NCBI GenBank assembly: GCA_963762115.1
Contig: CAVXJH010000003.1
Location: 448,001-512,000, forward strand
Length of the DNA: 64,000 bases
Direction: 5' to 3'
DNA from: Candidatus Babeliales bacterium
GTDB taxonomy: Bacteria > Babelota > Babeliae > Babelales > JANWKD01
Position 1 is the first letter of the stretch; each line of letters starts with the position of its first letter. A model generated the notes under the pieces. The model had not been told where the DNA came from and did no database searches. It saw only the letters and a program-made list of their open reading frames with translations. This document shows, one piece after another, positions 30,725-41,620 of the stretch. Both the position numbers and the translations under genes were made by a program.

Positions 30725-32579
30725 TTAAAAATACACTTCTGCGCCTAAATACCATGCTGATTGATTTGGAGCATTAGTTCCTGCTATAGCATGATTAAAG
30801 CCGCCAAAAAAGCTGCCATGAACATGCTTGATAGAACAATTCACCTTTGATAGTATGCGCAATTTGCTTGGTGTTTGCTTGCAACACTGATGCATCCAAT
30901 GCCACACCGGTATTACCCAATACATCAACGCCTGTTGTTTGTGCTAAGCTGATTTTATCATGACGTTTATAATATGGTTGGTAACCAACATCAACTCCTA
31001 ATTCAGGACAAATGCAAGGAACCATGAAGGTTATATCAACATCACCGACAAAATATTGCCATGAAACTTTAGCATCAATAATGCGTCCAATATTCTTAAC
31101 GGTTGCTCCTGAAACTGGTGTTGCAACTTTTTCTTTTCTGTTAAGCGCCCAATTATAGAATCCGTCGATTTTGATTGCCATCCAATCAAATGGTTTCCAA
31201 CCAAGGAATCCACCGATTTTAACTTCAAAGTGCTTATTATTGCCTCTATTTGCTAACAAGAGTAAATTTGGCTCTGTTGTACGTTTTGCAGTTGGGAATG
31301 ATGCGCCAATGATACCTTCAGCAAACCAGTCGCCCCAACATCCACAGAAGTCACGATGAACATATGTTTCTAACAAGAAATCACCAGGACCTGAGGTACG
31401 TTGTGTTTGAAAGCTGATTCCTGAAACTGTTGAAAGTAAATTTACTGCTGAAGTATTTATTCCTGCAATAAGTGAATTAAATTGTGCCTGAATAGTACGC
31501 GCAGGAGCTAAAATATCTGCCGCACCATCATTACCACCAACAGTTGGCACAACCCACAATGTTGCTTGTGTCGCAGGGCTTGTTGCTAAACCACCTGTTT
31601 GATAATTAACACCAGATTGAAATACGGCTCTGTTATCAGCAGCAAATCCAGTCGTTCCATTTGTAGATAAAAAATTAAGATCTTGCACTAAAGCTGGTGG
31701 CGTTGTTCCAGTAACTGATGTATTATCGTTTCCAGTCGTACAAACAGGAGTAGGACCAGCTGGCAATATACCTTGACGTAAACTAAATGGTGAAGATGGT
31801 ATTGATCCAACAGGAACTTTTATTACGTTTACTGGAGGAGGTCTAAGTGTGGAGCCCTGATTAGTTGCATCTACAGTACCAATTGTAATGTCACCAGGAA
31901 TTGGCGCCGCAGGATTAGCATAATTAACAAAAGGCAAACTAGAATTAGTTGCAAGTGGCAATGCTGACAAAAAGTCTAAGCGATACGCAAATGCATTCAA
32001 AATAAGTCCAGGTGTTCCATCATCAGTACAAATAACTTCTGATTCAGTTCTAACAAATGGATTTAAATTTGATTCTAAATCACAGCATGAATCCAATTGT
32101 GTTTTAATATCACGGAATGGAATACGAAGACGTAAACCAACATGCCATTGCTCTTCACAACCAAAACGTTTTTCAAGGTTTAAACCAAACCATGCAACGT
32201 TTTCTGTGTAATCAAAATTAGGCGTAATATTAATAAAACCTGCTAAAGGAAATGCTGCGGTGCTTGCACCTGGTGCAATAAGGTTCGTTAAATTAAATGA
32301 AGGTAATCCAAAACAACGTGCTGCCAAAGATTCTTTTTTTGTTGAATCATTAATGTATGCCGCATTTGCATGACGGAATTCACCAGCCATCCAAGGGTTA
32401 ATCATATCAAACCACCAGCACTTGTTGCATTCATTTTCATCAATTGGCGGTAGAAATGGATAATGATTATAAGCATACCCATAGGATAATGGGCTTGGTA
32501 TGCGCCATTCTCGTGCATCAAGCTGGCTAAACCCAAGCGCACTCAGCAGGCCCCAAAATAAAAGATTTTGTTTGTTCAT
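30725..32579 (-). pseudogene. Cys-rich beta-barrel protein, copy B; +1 frameshift in T6 at 30806-30811 near the C-terminus (pseudogene, phase-OFF allele or sequencing error)
   Basis: Paralog of copy A. CTT TTT TGG CGG here versus CTC TTC GGT GGC in copy A; the missing GGFNHA...WYLGAEVYF tail lies in the adjacent frame. Confidence 0.8.
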
Positions 32580-32610
32580 AATTCTCCTTTATGAAGATTC
32601 GTATGCATTC

Positions 32611-32641
32611 CCGGAGAACATGGGACCACCATGCCCTCCGG
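32611..32641 (-). promoter_or_regulatory. Intercistronic leader hairpin, with a counterpart at 30166-30190
   Basis: Minus strand CCGGAGGGCATGG-TGGTC-CCATGTTCTCCGG, with G-U pairs on the mRNA strand and no U-tract. Confidence 0.6.
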
Positions 32642-32656
32642 CTTTTTTACTCTCTT

Positions 32657-35600
32657 TTAAACTGCACCTGCACCAATAATTTCTGTTGGTAATGCTAATG
32701 AATCAGTATCCGGATCAATAAGAATATCAACCGCGCCGATTGCAAATGAATGTGTCGATTCAGTAGGATTATTTTGTCTGCTCAATAACAGTCCTTGCTG
32801 GAATTCAATTCTATTGATCAATGAACCATCACTGACAAAACCAGCGACCCCAACATTCAACACACCAGGTGCAAAGTTAGCACGTTTATTACTTGGTGCT
32901 ACTCCTAATAATGAAGGTCCTGCATAGTTATCAGTTTTCAAGTAATTGAACAAGTTCAAGGCACTTACTCCAGCAGGTTGTGCACCTTTTGAAGGATCAA
33001 CAAGCAAGTATTCGCCCGCCATCATACCAGAAACCAAGAATGCGCCTGTTGCACCAGCAAACGTTGAAACGGTTGGTGTTAATGATGTTGGAACCACAGC
33101 TCTCAATGCTACATCAAGACCACTTTGGAAACAATTAATCTTCACCATGTTACCACCGCCTTGAATAACGGAAGTAAGCGGATTAAAGAGGAACGTGTAA
33201 AGGCCTTGTGTGCCGATTGCTAATAATGATGCATTAAAATCACTGCCATTGAAAATCTTGTTGTGAACGAAAGTACCTTCTTCAACAAGCACTGATAAGG
33301 TTGTGATATTTGATAAACAAGTTACTAACCAATCATTTGGATTGGTGTTTGGTTTGTTAACTATACCAACACCTAAGCCAAAGAATCCTTCGCGATCAAT
33401 ATTGAAGGTAGCACCTGAACCTTGGAGGAACAATTGGAATGAAACGCTACGACCTGTATTGGAATCAATATCACCAACTTGGAACACACCGCCAGGCAAT
33501 GCTGCGTTACCAATTTCAATGCGTGCTTCATTAAGCAATTGGAAACTAATGTTGGTGTTTGTTGTGCAAGTTGGATACGTTTCAACACCAAAATAAGCAC
33601 CAACACCAACAAGCATTGAAGCTGCTTGTGTCATTTGAACGGTACCCAAACCACTCAAAACAACACGGGCATTATCAGTGCTATGTAATGTTGTGCCAAC
33701 AACTGGCGCAACAACTGGTTCAATATAGAATTCAGCTTGATCGCTGAACAATAATGTTCCGCCGCCCAAGATAATACGCGCACCTGGTTCACAAACAAGA
33801 CGAACTTGACCACCAATTTCTAATACTTGATCAGCGGTGGTGAATTGTGAAAGATCTAATACGCCGGGAGCTTTAATGCGAAGTTCTTTTGGTGATGTTG
33901 AATCAATAGTAAGAACATTTTGACCATTAACACCGAATGCAGTACCACTCAAAATATGACACACATTGTTGATGATAATATCTTCATTCAAGATCACGCG
34001 ACCATCACCATTTGGTACTAAGGTTACGCCATTAACACCAAGAACAACTGAACCTTGTAATGCATCAAGATCTTTATGCGTTGTGCCCAAACCGACAATA
34101 CCATTGTTTTGTAACACAATGAATCCGGTAGCAGCTTCAGCTGAATTAAAGCCTTGAATGAATACTAATTCACGAACCAAACCACCATCAACAAGTAAGT
34201 TAGCTGAATCACAAATGCGTGCACGTAAAATTTGCAATTGATCAACATCACCTTGTACTGTTGGTAGTGCATTTAAATTATTGTTGATAACTGCTGGAGC
34301 TGCACATGGCGCTGGTGTTTCTTCAAGTTCATAAGGAATAAAACATGTTGAAGGGAATATGGTTGAATCACAACAATATGCTTTTATTGCCGCACCCCAA
34401 TCTAAGGTGTAATCTGAAAGATGTTGTCCTGCAGGAACGATCACTCGTTGTGTAGGATCAGTAAGATCGAGATTCCATTGAGCAATACCGATTTCTGGAT
34501 CAAAGTATACGCTGTTATATGGTAAATCAATGATACCACCACGGCTCATTGCAACCATTGCGCCCATATTTGCAATTCTATTATGCAACACTCTGAATTG
34601 ACCAAGCGCATCAACAAAGATACCGCCTTGACCGGTAGTTGCACTTGAAGCAGGGTATGCTAATTCACCACCACGTGACATAAATGAAATACAAGCACCA
34701 TCAACTAATAATGCGCCGGTGACTGTTAGAACAAATGTACCACCATCTTCATCAACACCAATTGCACCATTAGTACCAATTGAAATGTTCGTTTCGTTGT
34801 TCAAATAAATTGTTTGAACAGCGAACTGACCAGAAATATCACTAGTGATACCTTCTGTTGTGCAATTGCTATTGGTTGCGGTTAAAATATATAAATCAAG
34901 AAGTCCTGGATTTGGATCAGCAACTTCTTGGAACACATTAAGATGTGATGCCATATCAGTTGTCGTAATACATGTATCAAAACAAATATCGGTACCCAAA
35001 ATCATATTGCGGCCATAACCATCATCTTCGCAACGACCATTGTTATAGAACACAAAAGCACTGATGTTATTGCCACCAACTAAGTTTGGCACTAACCAAT
35101 CAACACCGGTTGATGCAACGCTGGTTTGAATTCTGAATGCACTATTATAGAATGCAATTGTTGGTCTTGGCTCACCTAAATGGCAGAAGAACAAGTAGCT
35201 GTCGCCGCCAATATAGGTAGGCTCTGAACCCAAGTTTGGATTACCAAGATTGAATTCTTCATATACCGCATGATTTTCATCATTGTGTTGCAAGGTAGCA
35301 TTAATAATATTCATTCTATTGTTTACTAAGAATGCGCCACTGTTATAACGAAGATATACACCATTAACATCACGTGCAAAAGTACGTTTTGGGAAAAGAA
35401 GTAATGGCGATTCTTCAGTCACTGGACAACCAGTTGGATCAACTTGCAATGAAAGAATATTAATAGCATTCGTATGACTTGAAGTACCAACAACATTTAA
35501 TGCGCCTTCAACATCAAGTACAATATTTCCTGCACATAGAGTTCGCAATTTTGGATCGATGGTGAAATCATTTGAAACATTGCCACAATTATCAACCCCT

Positions 35601-36766
35601 GAAAGGAAATAAATTGCTGACGTTCCAAGCAGATTAATTGTTGCAGGAATATCATCATCCACACCATCAACAATAAATGCTGAGCCATTTCTTAATCTTT
35701 CAAATGGTTGTGGATTACCACAATCATCAGGAAGGGTAAAGACACAACAAGTATTTGTTGCTGTACCAACGTATTCAATATAGGTAAGATTAGCGACATT
35801 TAATACTGAAGGTGCAACTAAAATAAATCCTGTTTGAACGCCACTAAAAGGAGCTCTTGTAAGAAAATGTTGACAGAAAGGATCTGCTAATAAATCTGTG
35901 CAACCATTATTAGCGTTAACAATTTGCAATGCACCCGAATTTCCTGGTGTTAATAAACTATTATCAACTTCAAAGATTGCTTGGCCACCCGCTTGGACTC
36001 CCAAATCAATATCACTAATCATTAAATTTGGATTATCCAAACCAAGACCAGTAACCGCATGACCACCAATAATCACTGCACCAGTATTTTCAATGGTAAG
36101 TATTGCATTAATACTTGCATTGTTAGCAGGACTGAATTCAATCGCACCAATCGCCGTTGTATTAAATTCATCTGCAATATAACTCATAATTGAATGTGGA
36201 CCGACATTAACCGTGAATGGAACGGTAGGATTTACCAATGAAGCTCTGAATTGCACGAGAGGATCGTTTGGAATATCACCCATACCAACATAAAACTGTG
36301 TGCCGCCTACCGCAGTACTACTTTGAGTAAAGCTTACCGTCTCGCCACCATCGATTAAAAAGATAACATCTCCACCACCAGTTACCGTCACTAATAAATC
36401 AAGACGCGTTGCGCCATTCGCTGAACCGGTAAATTCTAAATTATCTGTAAGCTGAAATGTAATGGTACGACCAACATCAGCAAAAAGATAAAGTTCTGCT
36501 AAACTATTCGTACTCGTAATAATTGAATCACCATTATCTACGGTAATTAAAATATCACAAGTACGGGCTTCAACATGAATACCTCCAACTAAAACGTTGG
36601 TACCAATAATATCAATATTTTGATTAACAACACTATTTGTAATAGTTGAATTATGCCAATTGACGGTTGGTCCACCACATGGTGCTGCAAATGCTGATGG
36701 CATCACTACCAAAAGGCCTGCTAAAATTGCTTGACTAAAACCACCTTGGAGAAATTTTTTCCTCAT
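32657..36766 (-). CDS. Large (1369 aa) secreted Cys-rich, G/N/T/V/I-rich surface protein, possibly beta-helical
   Basis: Signal peptide ending SAFA, very few Lys, about 26 Cys by hand count, no C-terminal barrel signal. Confidence 0.75.
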   Translation of the reverse strand: MRKKFLQGGFSQAILAGLLVVMPSAFAAPCGGPTVNWHNSTITNSVVNQNIDIIGTNVLVGGIHVEARTCDILITVDNGDSIITSTNSLAELYLFADVGRTITFQLTDNLEFTGSANGATRLDLLVTVTGGGDVIFLIDGGETVSFTQSSTAVGGTQFYVGMGDIPNDPLVQFRASLVNPTVPFTVNVGPHSIMSYIADEFNTTAIGAIEFSPANNASINAILTIENTGAVIIGGHAVTGLGLDNPNLMISDIDLGVQAGGQAIFEVDNSLLTPGNSGALQIVNANNGCTDLLADPFCQHFLTRAPFSGVQTGFILVAPSVLNVANLTYIEYVGTATNTCCVFTLPDDCGNPQPFERLRNGSAFIVDGVDDDIPATINLLGTSAIYFLSGVDNCGNVSNDFTIDPKLRTLCAGNIVLDVEGALNVVGTSSHTNAINILSLQVDPTGCPVTEESPLLLFPKRTFARDVNGVYLRYNSGAFLVNNRMNIINATLQHNDENHAVYEEFNLGNPNLGSEPTYIGGDSYLFFCHLGEPRPTIAFYNSAFRIQTSVASTGVDWLVPNLVGGNNISAFVFYNNGRCEDDGYGRNMILGTDICFDTCITTTDMASHLNVFQEVADPNPGLLDLYILTATNSNCTTEGITSDISGQFAVQTIYLNNETNISIGTNGAIGVDEDGGTFVLTVTGALLVDGACISFMSRGGELAYPASSATTGQGGIFVDALGQFRVLHNRIANMGAMVAMSRGGIIDLPYNSVYFDPEIGIAQWNLDLTDPTQRVIVPAGQHLSDYTLDWGAAIKAYCCDSTIFPSTCFIPYELEETPAPCAAPAVINNNLNALPTVQGDVDQLQILRARICDSANLLVDGGLVRELVFIQGFNSAEAATGFIVLQNNGIVGLGTTHKDLDALQGSVVLGVNGVTLVPNGDGRVILNEDIIINNVCHILSGTAFGVNGQNVLTIDSTSPKELRIKAPGVLDLSQFTTADQVLEIGGQVRLVCEPGARIILGGGTLLFSDQAEFYIEPVVAPVVGTTLHSTDNARVVLSGLGTVQMTQAASMLVGVGAYFGVETYPTCTTNTNISFQLLNEARIEIGNAALPGGVFQVGDIDSNTGRSVSFQLFLQGSGATFNIDREGFFGLGVGIVNKPNTNPNDWLVTCLSNITTLSVLVEEGTFVHNKIFNGSDFNASLLAIGTQGLYTFLFNPLTSVIQGGGNMVKINCFQSGLDVALRAVVPTSLTPTVSTFAGATGAFLVSGMMAGEYLLVDPSKGAQPAGVSALNLFNYLKTDNYAGPSLLGVAPSNKRANFAPGVLNVGVAGFVSDGSLINRIEFQQGLLLSRQNNPTESTHSFAIGAVDILIDPDTDSLALPTEIIGAGAV

Positions 36767-37000
36767 ATTCCTCTTCCTTTTTTTTTGAGGTTAACAGTTT
36801 TTTCTCAATAATAAACCAGCTAATTGCTTGATTATTGTTATTTTCTTATTGCCGCTTTTCACCTCCGTATATCGCAAAGTAATAGACCATTAACTTCATT
36901 TAATCAGTCTTTTTTTATTATTATTTTTATAATTATGCTTCACAAAGACCTGTGCAACAGTATTAAAATGCTTAGCAAGAAAAGTCAAGGCTTTTTTAAA

Positions 37001-38089
37001 CTAAGATGCTTTTAAAGATATCCAAATGTCATTAATAGCAGCTTTAGAAATAACATTTCTGAAAAAATCTAATGAGAAAGATTCATCGAAATGTGCCTTA
37101 TAAATTGAGGAGCTAAATTGGCCTTGTTGCAACAACGAAACAAGATCAAGAGTAGCCGGAAAAAAAGTAAAGGAATCAAAATGAAAAGAAATTGTTTCCG
37201 GTTGATACAAAAAATTTAACAATTCATAAACAAGTTCAGGTTTTTTACTCGCCTTGGGAATAACCCAATTGTCTGTTACCATAAAACTTCCTTGTTTAGG
37301 AATAATAAATTCAACCGATGGTTTCACCGCCATCAAACGTGAAACAAAAGGAGTGGTAATAACCACGACAGGACATGCTTTTGAAATGAGTAGATAATCA
37401 GCACGAAATTCAGTATATGCTTCGACCCATGTTTTTTGTTTAATGAGTAACGCCTTAATCGCTTCTTTTTTTTCTTCAGTTAAAGTATCGATACTTTTAA
37501 ACAAATACTGCGCCGTCAATAATATTGCTTCTCGCGGCGTATCAAGCATAGCAATTTTAGCATGAGCGGATAATGGATTAAAGAGTAAATCCCATGATGC
37601 TTCAGGAACAATGCCACCAAAAAACTCAGTGTCAATACCAAGACCATAAATCCCCCAATAGTAGGGAATTGAAAAAAGATTTCCTGGATCAAAATAACAA
37701 TCTAACAACCGTGGAATGATACGTTCCCATGCCAAGAACTTTTTTTTATCCAAAGGCTGTAATAAATCTTCTTGTATTAACTGCTGAACAGCATAATCTG
37801 AGGGAATAATAAGATCGTACCCTTCACCCTGCGTTGCTCGCATTTTCACTAACAGTTCATCATTGTTATCAAAATAACTCATATTGACTACAATGCCGGT
37901 ACGCTCTTGAAATTTTTGTAACATTTCTTCATCAATCATATCAGTCCATGTTGCAACATTAATAGATCGATCTGTTCGCGTAAAATGAAAAAAATAAGGC
38001 ATGTATAAAAATGCAAAAAACACCGTCAACCAAAAAATGATAATCAAGCATTTAAAAAAAAATTGTTTGAGATGAAAGCTTATTGGCAT
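37001..38089 (-). CDS. potD: Spermidine/putrescine ABC substrate-binding protein
   Basis: YDLIIPSDY, DPGN.FSIPYYWG, IIPKQGS..DNWVIP. Confidence 0.9.
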   Translation of the reverse strand: MPISFHLKQFFFKCLIIIFWLTVFFAFLYMPYFFHFTRTDRSINVATWTDMIDEEMLQKFQERTGIVVNMSYFDNNDELLVKMRATQGEGYDLIIPSDYAVQQLIQEDLLQPLDKKKFLAWERIIPRLLDCYFDPGNLFSIPYYWGIYGLGIDTEFFGGIVPEASWDLLFNPLSAHAKIAMLDTPREAILLTAQYLFKSIDTLTEEKKEAIKALLIKQKTWVEAYTEFRADYLLISKACPVVVITTPFVSRLMAVKPSVEFIIPKQGSFMVTDNWVIPKASKKPELVYELLNFLYQPETISFHFDSFTFFPATLDLVSLLQQGQFSSSIYKAHFDESFSLDFFRNVISKAAINDIWISLKAS

Positions 38090-38090
38090 A

Positions 38091-38864
38091 CTAAAAAATC
38101 CTAATTTTTGATTTTAATGAGCAAAATATAAGCACTCCTACACTACTTATCACTAATAACAACGTTGAAAGTGCATTAATCACGGGAGAAATACCCGTAC
38201 GAATAAGCGCAAAAATATAAAGCGGCAATGTTTGTGCTGAAGTTCCCGCACAAAAAAATGCCAACAAAAAATCATCAAAAGAAATCACAAAAACCAATAA
38301 TCCTGCAGCAATAAGCGCAGGAAATAAAAGAGGAATAACAATACGAAAAAATGTTTGATTAAGCGATGCGCCAAGATCTAACGAAGCTTCAATAATACTA
38401 TAATCAAGTTCTTTAAAACGTGCAGCAAGAATAGGCACCACATACCCAAATCCTAACACCGTGTGAGCAGCTGTTAACGCTAATAAACCAGTTGGAATAG
38501 CAAAAAAAGTAAACAAAGCGAGCAAACTTACTGCCAATATTATTTCGGGAAAAACTAAATTACCATAAAAAAATGGAATGAGCCGTTCATATTTACTGCG
38601 CGCTATATAAAAAATAAAAGTGATACTCATCGTTAACGACAAGAAAACTGAACTCATCGCTACGATTAATGAATTTTTTACCGCATGCCAAATCTCAGTT
38701 GAATGAAGTAATTCTTGATACCACTCCAGCGAGAAGCCTACCCAACGATAAGGAAATGCTATTTTATTACAAGAAAAAACAATCAACACAATAATGGGAA
38801 GATAGATAAAAGCAAAAACAGAAAAAACAAAAAAAGGAAGTAACATTCTTTTGAGAAAATTCAT
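38091..38864 (-). CDS. potC: Polyamine ABC permease
   Basis: FIYLPI, GFSLEWY, EASLDLGA, SFDDF, TLPLYI, PVINALS. Confidence 0.92.
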   Translation of the reverse strand: MNFLKRMLLPFFVFSVFAFIYLPIIVLIVFSCNKIAFPYRWVGFSLEWYQELLHSTEIWHAVKNSLIVAMSSVFLSLTMSITFIFYIARSKYERLIPFFYGNLVFPEIILAVSLLALFTFFAIPTGLLALTAAHTVLGFGYVVPILAARFKELDYSIIEASLDLGASLNQTFFRIVIPLLFPALIAAGLLVFVISFDDFLLAFFCAGTSAQTLPLYIFALIRTGISPVINALSTLLLVISSVGVLIFCSLKSKIRIF

Positions 38865-39700
38865 TGCTCAGTCTCCTTTTGTGCAGGAAAAATTTTTTGC
38901 ACAAATATACTGAATAAAAAAACAATAACAAACAAAACACAACTACTCAGTACGGTAAATGCTGATCCTGCAAATTTATTTTGCCCTATCAAAAAATAAT
39001 GGGATATAAGCGTGCCAACAAACATATATTTATCACCACCAACGAGCAAAGGAATCACAAATTCTCCAAATGCTGGCACAAAAACAAGCAAAAAACCTGC
39101 CTTAATTCCTGGCATCGTAATAGGAACAATGACATTCCATAATGTTTGCCATTGATTAGCACCAAGATCTTTTGAAGCTTCAATCAAATTCAAATCAATT
39201 TTTTCCAATACGCTAAAAAGCGGCATAATCATGAATGGCAAATAACAATAAAACATGACAATCATAATCGCAAAAAAATTATTAATAAGCTCAACTGGTT
39301 GGGAAAGAATCCCCATGCTCATTAATAATGAATTCAATAAGCCATCACGATCTAAAATAAAAAACCATGCATAGGTCAAAACCAACAGATTTGTCCAAAA
39401 TGGCAAAATAATAAAAAACAAAAAAATATTTTTGTAAGCGCGCTTTCTTAAAGCAATAAAATAAGCGAGAGGATAACCGACTACAAGACATACTATGGCG
39501 GTTAAAAATGCAAGAATTAACGAACGAACGAAAATAGAACCATATATGACATCAAATAAAAGAGAATAATTTTTTAAGGTAAAACCTGTTGTTGCCGCAT
39601 CAGTAAAACTAAGCACAATAACAAATAAAAGAGGGATATAAAAAAATAACAATTGCCACAATAAAGCAGGAACTGCTTTGAAAAAAGATGAATTATTCAT
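38861..39700 (-). CDS. potB: Polyamine ABC permease
   Basis: GYPLAY, LPFWTN, YCYLPFM, EASKDLGA. Confidence 0.92.
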   Translation of the reverse strand: MNNSSFFKAVPALLWQLLFFYIPLLFVIVLSFTDAATTGFTLKNYSLLFDVIYGSIFVRSLILAFLTAIVCLVVGYPLAYFIALRKRAYKNIFLFFIILPFWTNLLVLTYAWFFILDRDGLLNSLLMSMGILSQPVELINNFFAIMIVMFYCYLPFMIMPLFSVLEKIDLNLIEASKDLGANQWQTLWNVIVPITMPGIKAGFLLVFVPAFGEFVIPLLVGGDKYMFVGTLISHYFLIGQNKFAGSAFTVLSSCVLFVIVFLFSIFVQKIFPAQKETEQ

Positions 39701-40782
39701 TTCTCTAATAACACCGCATTTTCTTTTTGCCAATACACATTTACCGTTGAACCGTAATCAATCACTTGACGAGGAAAGTGTTCTTCATTTTGTTCAAAAA
39801 TACTTAATAAATGATCATTCTTCAAGCGAACGTTATATTGCGTTGATCGTCCCTGATATACAATTGACTCAACAACACCAGTAAGATGATTCGAAAATCC
39901 TGGCGTTTCGGGTATGCTGATCCAAATTTTTTCAGGTCGCAAACTAATATACATTGATGTTCCTTCAACAAGTTCTTTATTTTCAGGAACAGCAAGTTGA
40001 AAAAAACCTAACCCTGATAATTCAATATGTGGTGTCGCCCCATTATGAAAGATTCCTTTGAGAATATTTGTTGTTCCCACAAATTTTGCAACAAAAATAG
40101 AAACGGGAAATTCATAAATTTCTTTAGGAGTGCCAATTTGCTCAATCATGCCATCTTGATTCATAATTGCCATTTGATCAGCAACGGTAAGAGCTTCAAA
40201 CTGATCATGAGTAACATAGACAAAAGTAGTTTGTAACTTACTTTGCAAATCAATCAGCTCAATGAGTACTTTTTCTCGCAACTTCAAATCTAATGCGGTA
40301 AGTGGCTCATCTAACAACAAAACATCTGGCTCATTAATGATTGCTCTTGCAAGAGCAACACGTTGTTTCTGACCACCAGAAAGTTGATTAATAAATTTAT
40401 TCTTGTGATATTCCAAATGAACTGTCTTAAGCACTTTGGTTACTTTTTCTTCAATAATTGCTCGAGAAAGGCCTTTTATTTTTTGACTATAAGCAACATT
40501 ATCAAACACATTAAGATGCGGAAAAAGTGCATAATTTTGAAAGACAGTATTTATATGGCGCTTATTACTCGGCAAATGAGTAATATTTTCGTCACCCAAA
40601 AATATTTCTCCGCCATTTGCGTCCTCAAATCCACCAATCAAACGAAGCACCGTTGTTTTTCCACAACCGCTTGGTCCTAAAAGAGCAAAAAATTGTCCTG
40701 CCGGAATAGTGAGATTAAGATTTTCAAGAATAATATCCCCATTATAGGACTTCTTGATATTCTCGAGCCTTATACTTTTCAT
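39697..40782 (-). CDS. potA: Polyamine ABC ATP-binding protein
   Basis: GPSGCGKTT, VFQNYALFPHL, LSGGQKQR, LLLDEP, TOBE tail; probable ATG at 40782. Confidence 0.93.
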   Translation of the reverse strand: MKSIRLENIKKSYNGDIILENLNLTIPAGQFFALLGPSGCGKTTVLRLIGGFEDANGGEIFLGDENITHLPSNKRHINTVFQNYALFPHLNVFDNVAYSQKIKGLSRAIIEEKVTKVLKTVHLEYHKNKFINQLSGGQKQRVALARAIINEPDVLLLDEPLTALDLKLREKVLIELIDLQSKLQTTFVYVTHDQFEALTVADQMAIMNQDGMIEQIGTPKEIYEFPVSIFVAKFVGTTNILKGIFHNGATPHIELSGLGFFQLAVPENKELVEGTSMYISLRPEKIWISIPETPGFSNHLTGVVESIVYQGRSTQYNVRLKNDHLLSIFEQNEEHFPRQVIDYGSTVNVYWQKENAVLLEK

Positions 40783-41491
40783 TATTTTTTCTCGATTTTG
40801 CAAAAAACATAGGAACAACAACATCAGCCAAAGTGCATGGTACCACAACAGCAATCACCAAAAAGACATATAATAAACCCATTTGGGGATACCAATTGCT
40901 AAATCCTTCAGAAACTAAATAGAATAATGAAGCTAAAGAACTTATCAAAATATGGCCAAAATGCGAACCAACTGAATAAAAAGTCTTCAGCGATGATGCA
41001 TGCTTGCTCATAACAATGCCATTCAAAAGACCGATGCAAAAGAAGGGAATAATATTATGAAGTTCCGAATAAAAACAAAGATGAAAATTCATATGAACAC
41101 CAAGCATTAACCCAGCAATATAGGGCAAAATGACGTCTGATAGCGTACAGAAAAACATTGATGATACTAAAGCAACTATAACGCCTTTAAATAAATTAGA
41201 AGAAAACCGTGAAAACATTATTAATGAACCGGTCATTGCAAAAATAATATGTAAAAAGTGAAAACTATGAAACAGTAAATGAGCCCCATTTGCTGCATGA
41301 TGATGGTCACCATGAGCAATCTCGCCATGGCCATGACTTAAGCCAAAAACATCCAACAAACTCAAAATAATCAACCCAAGAGCAACCGAAAAGATTGCAT
41401 AGGGTAAATGATGTACTAACTCACCAATAACACTATGATCGTGATGATGTTCATGATCATGCTTATGACAATTATTTAATTCTTTTTCCAT
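40742..41491 (-). CDS. His-rich polytopic membrane protein, possible metal permease
   Basis: HKHDHEHHHDH, HGHGEIAHGDHHH, intramembrane HSFHFLH, CTLSD/CTLAD repeats. Confidence 0.65.
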   Translation of the reverse strand: MEKELNNCHKHDHEHHHDHSVIGELVHHLPYAIFSVALGLIILSLLDVFGLSHGHGEIAHGDHHHAANGAHLLFHSFHFLHIIFAMTGSLIMFSRFSSNLFKGVIVALVSSMFFCTLSDVILPYIAGLMLGVHMNFHLCFYSELHNIIPFFCIGLLNGIVMSKHASSLKTFYSVGSHFGHILISSLASLFYLVSEGFSNWYPQMGLLYVFLVIAVVVPCTLADVVVPMFFAKSRKNNEKYKAREYQEVL

Positions 41492-41620
41492 AACTCCAAA
41501 TTCCTTATTAAAAAATAGTATTTTTAACACCAAATATCTCTCTTTTTTACTATAAAGATTTTTCTCAAATAAAGCAAAAAAAGCAGGGAAACAAATTTCA
41601 TTTTGAATAAAAAGAAAAGG

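Noticed and set aside
28297..32579. Diversity-generating retroelement TR/VR pair
   Set aside because: Differences are not adenine-specific, include indels and span whole genes; no reverse transcriptase is present.
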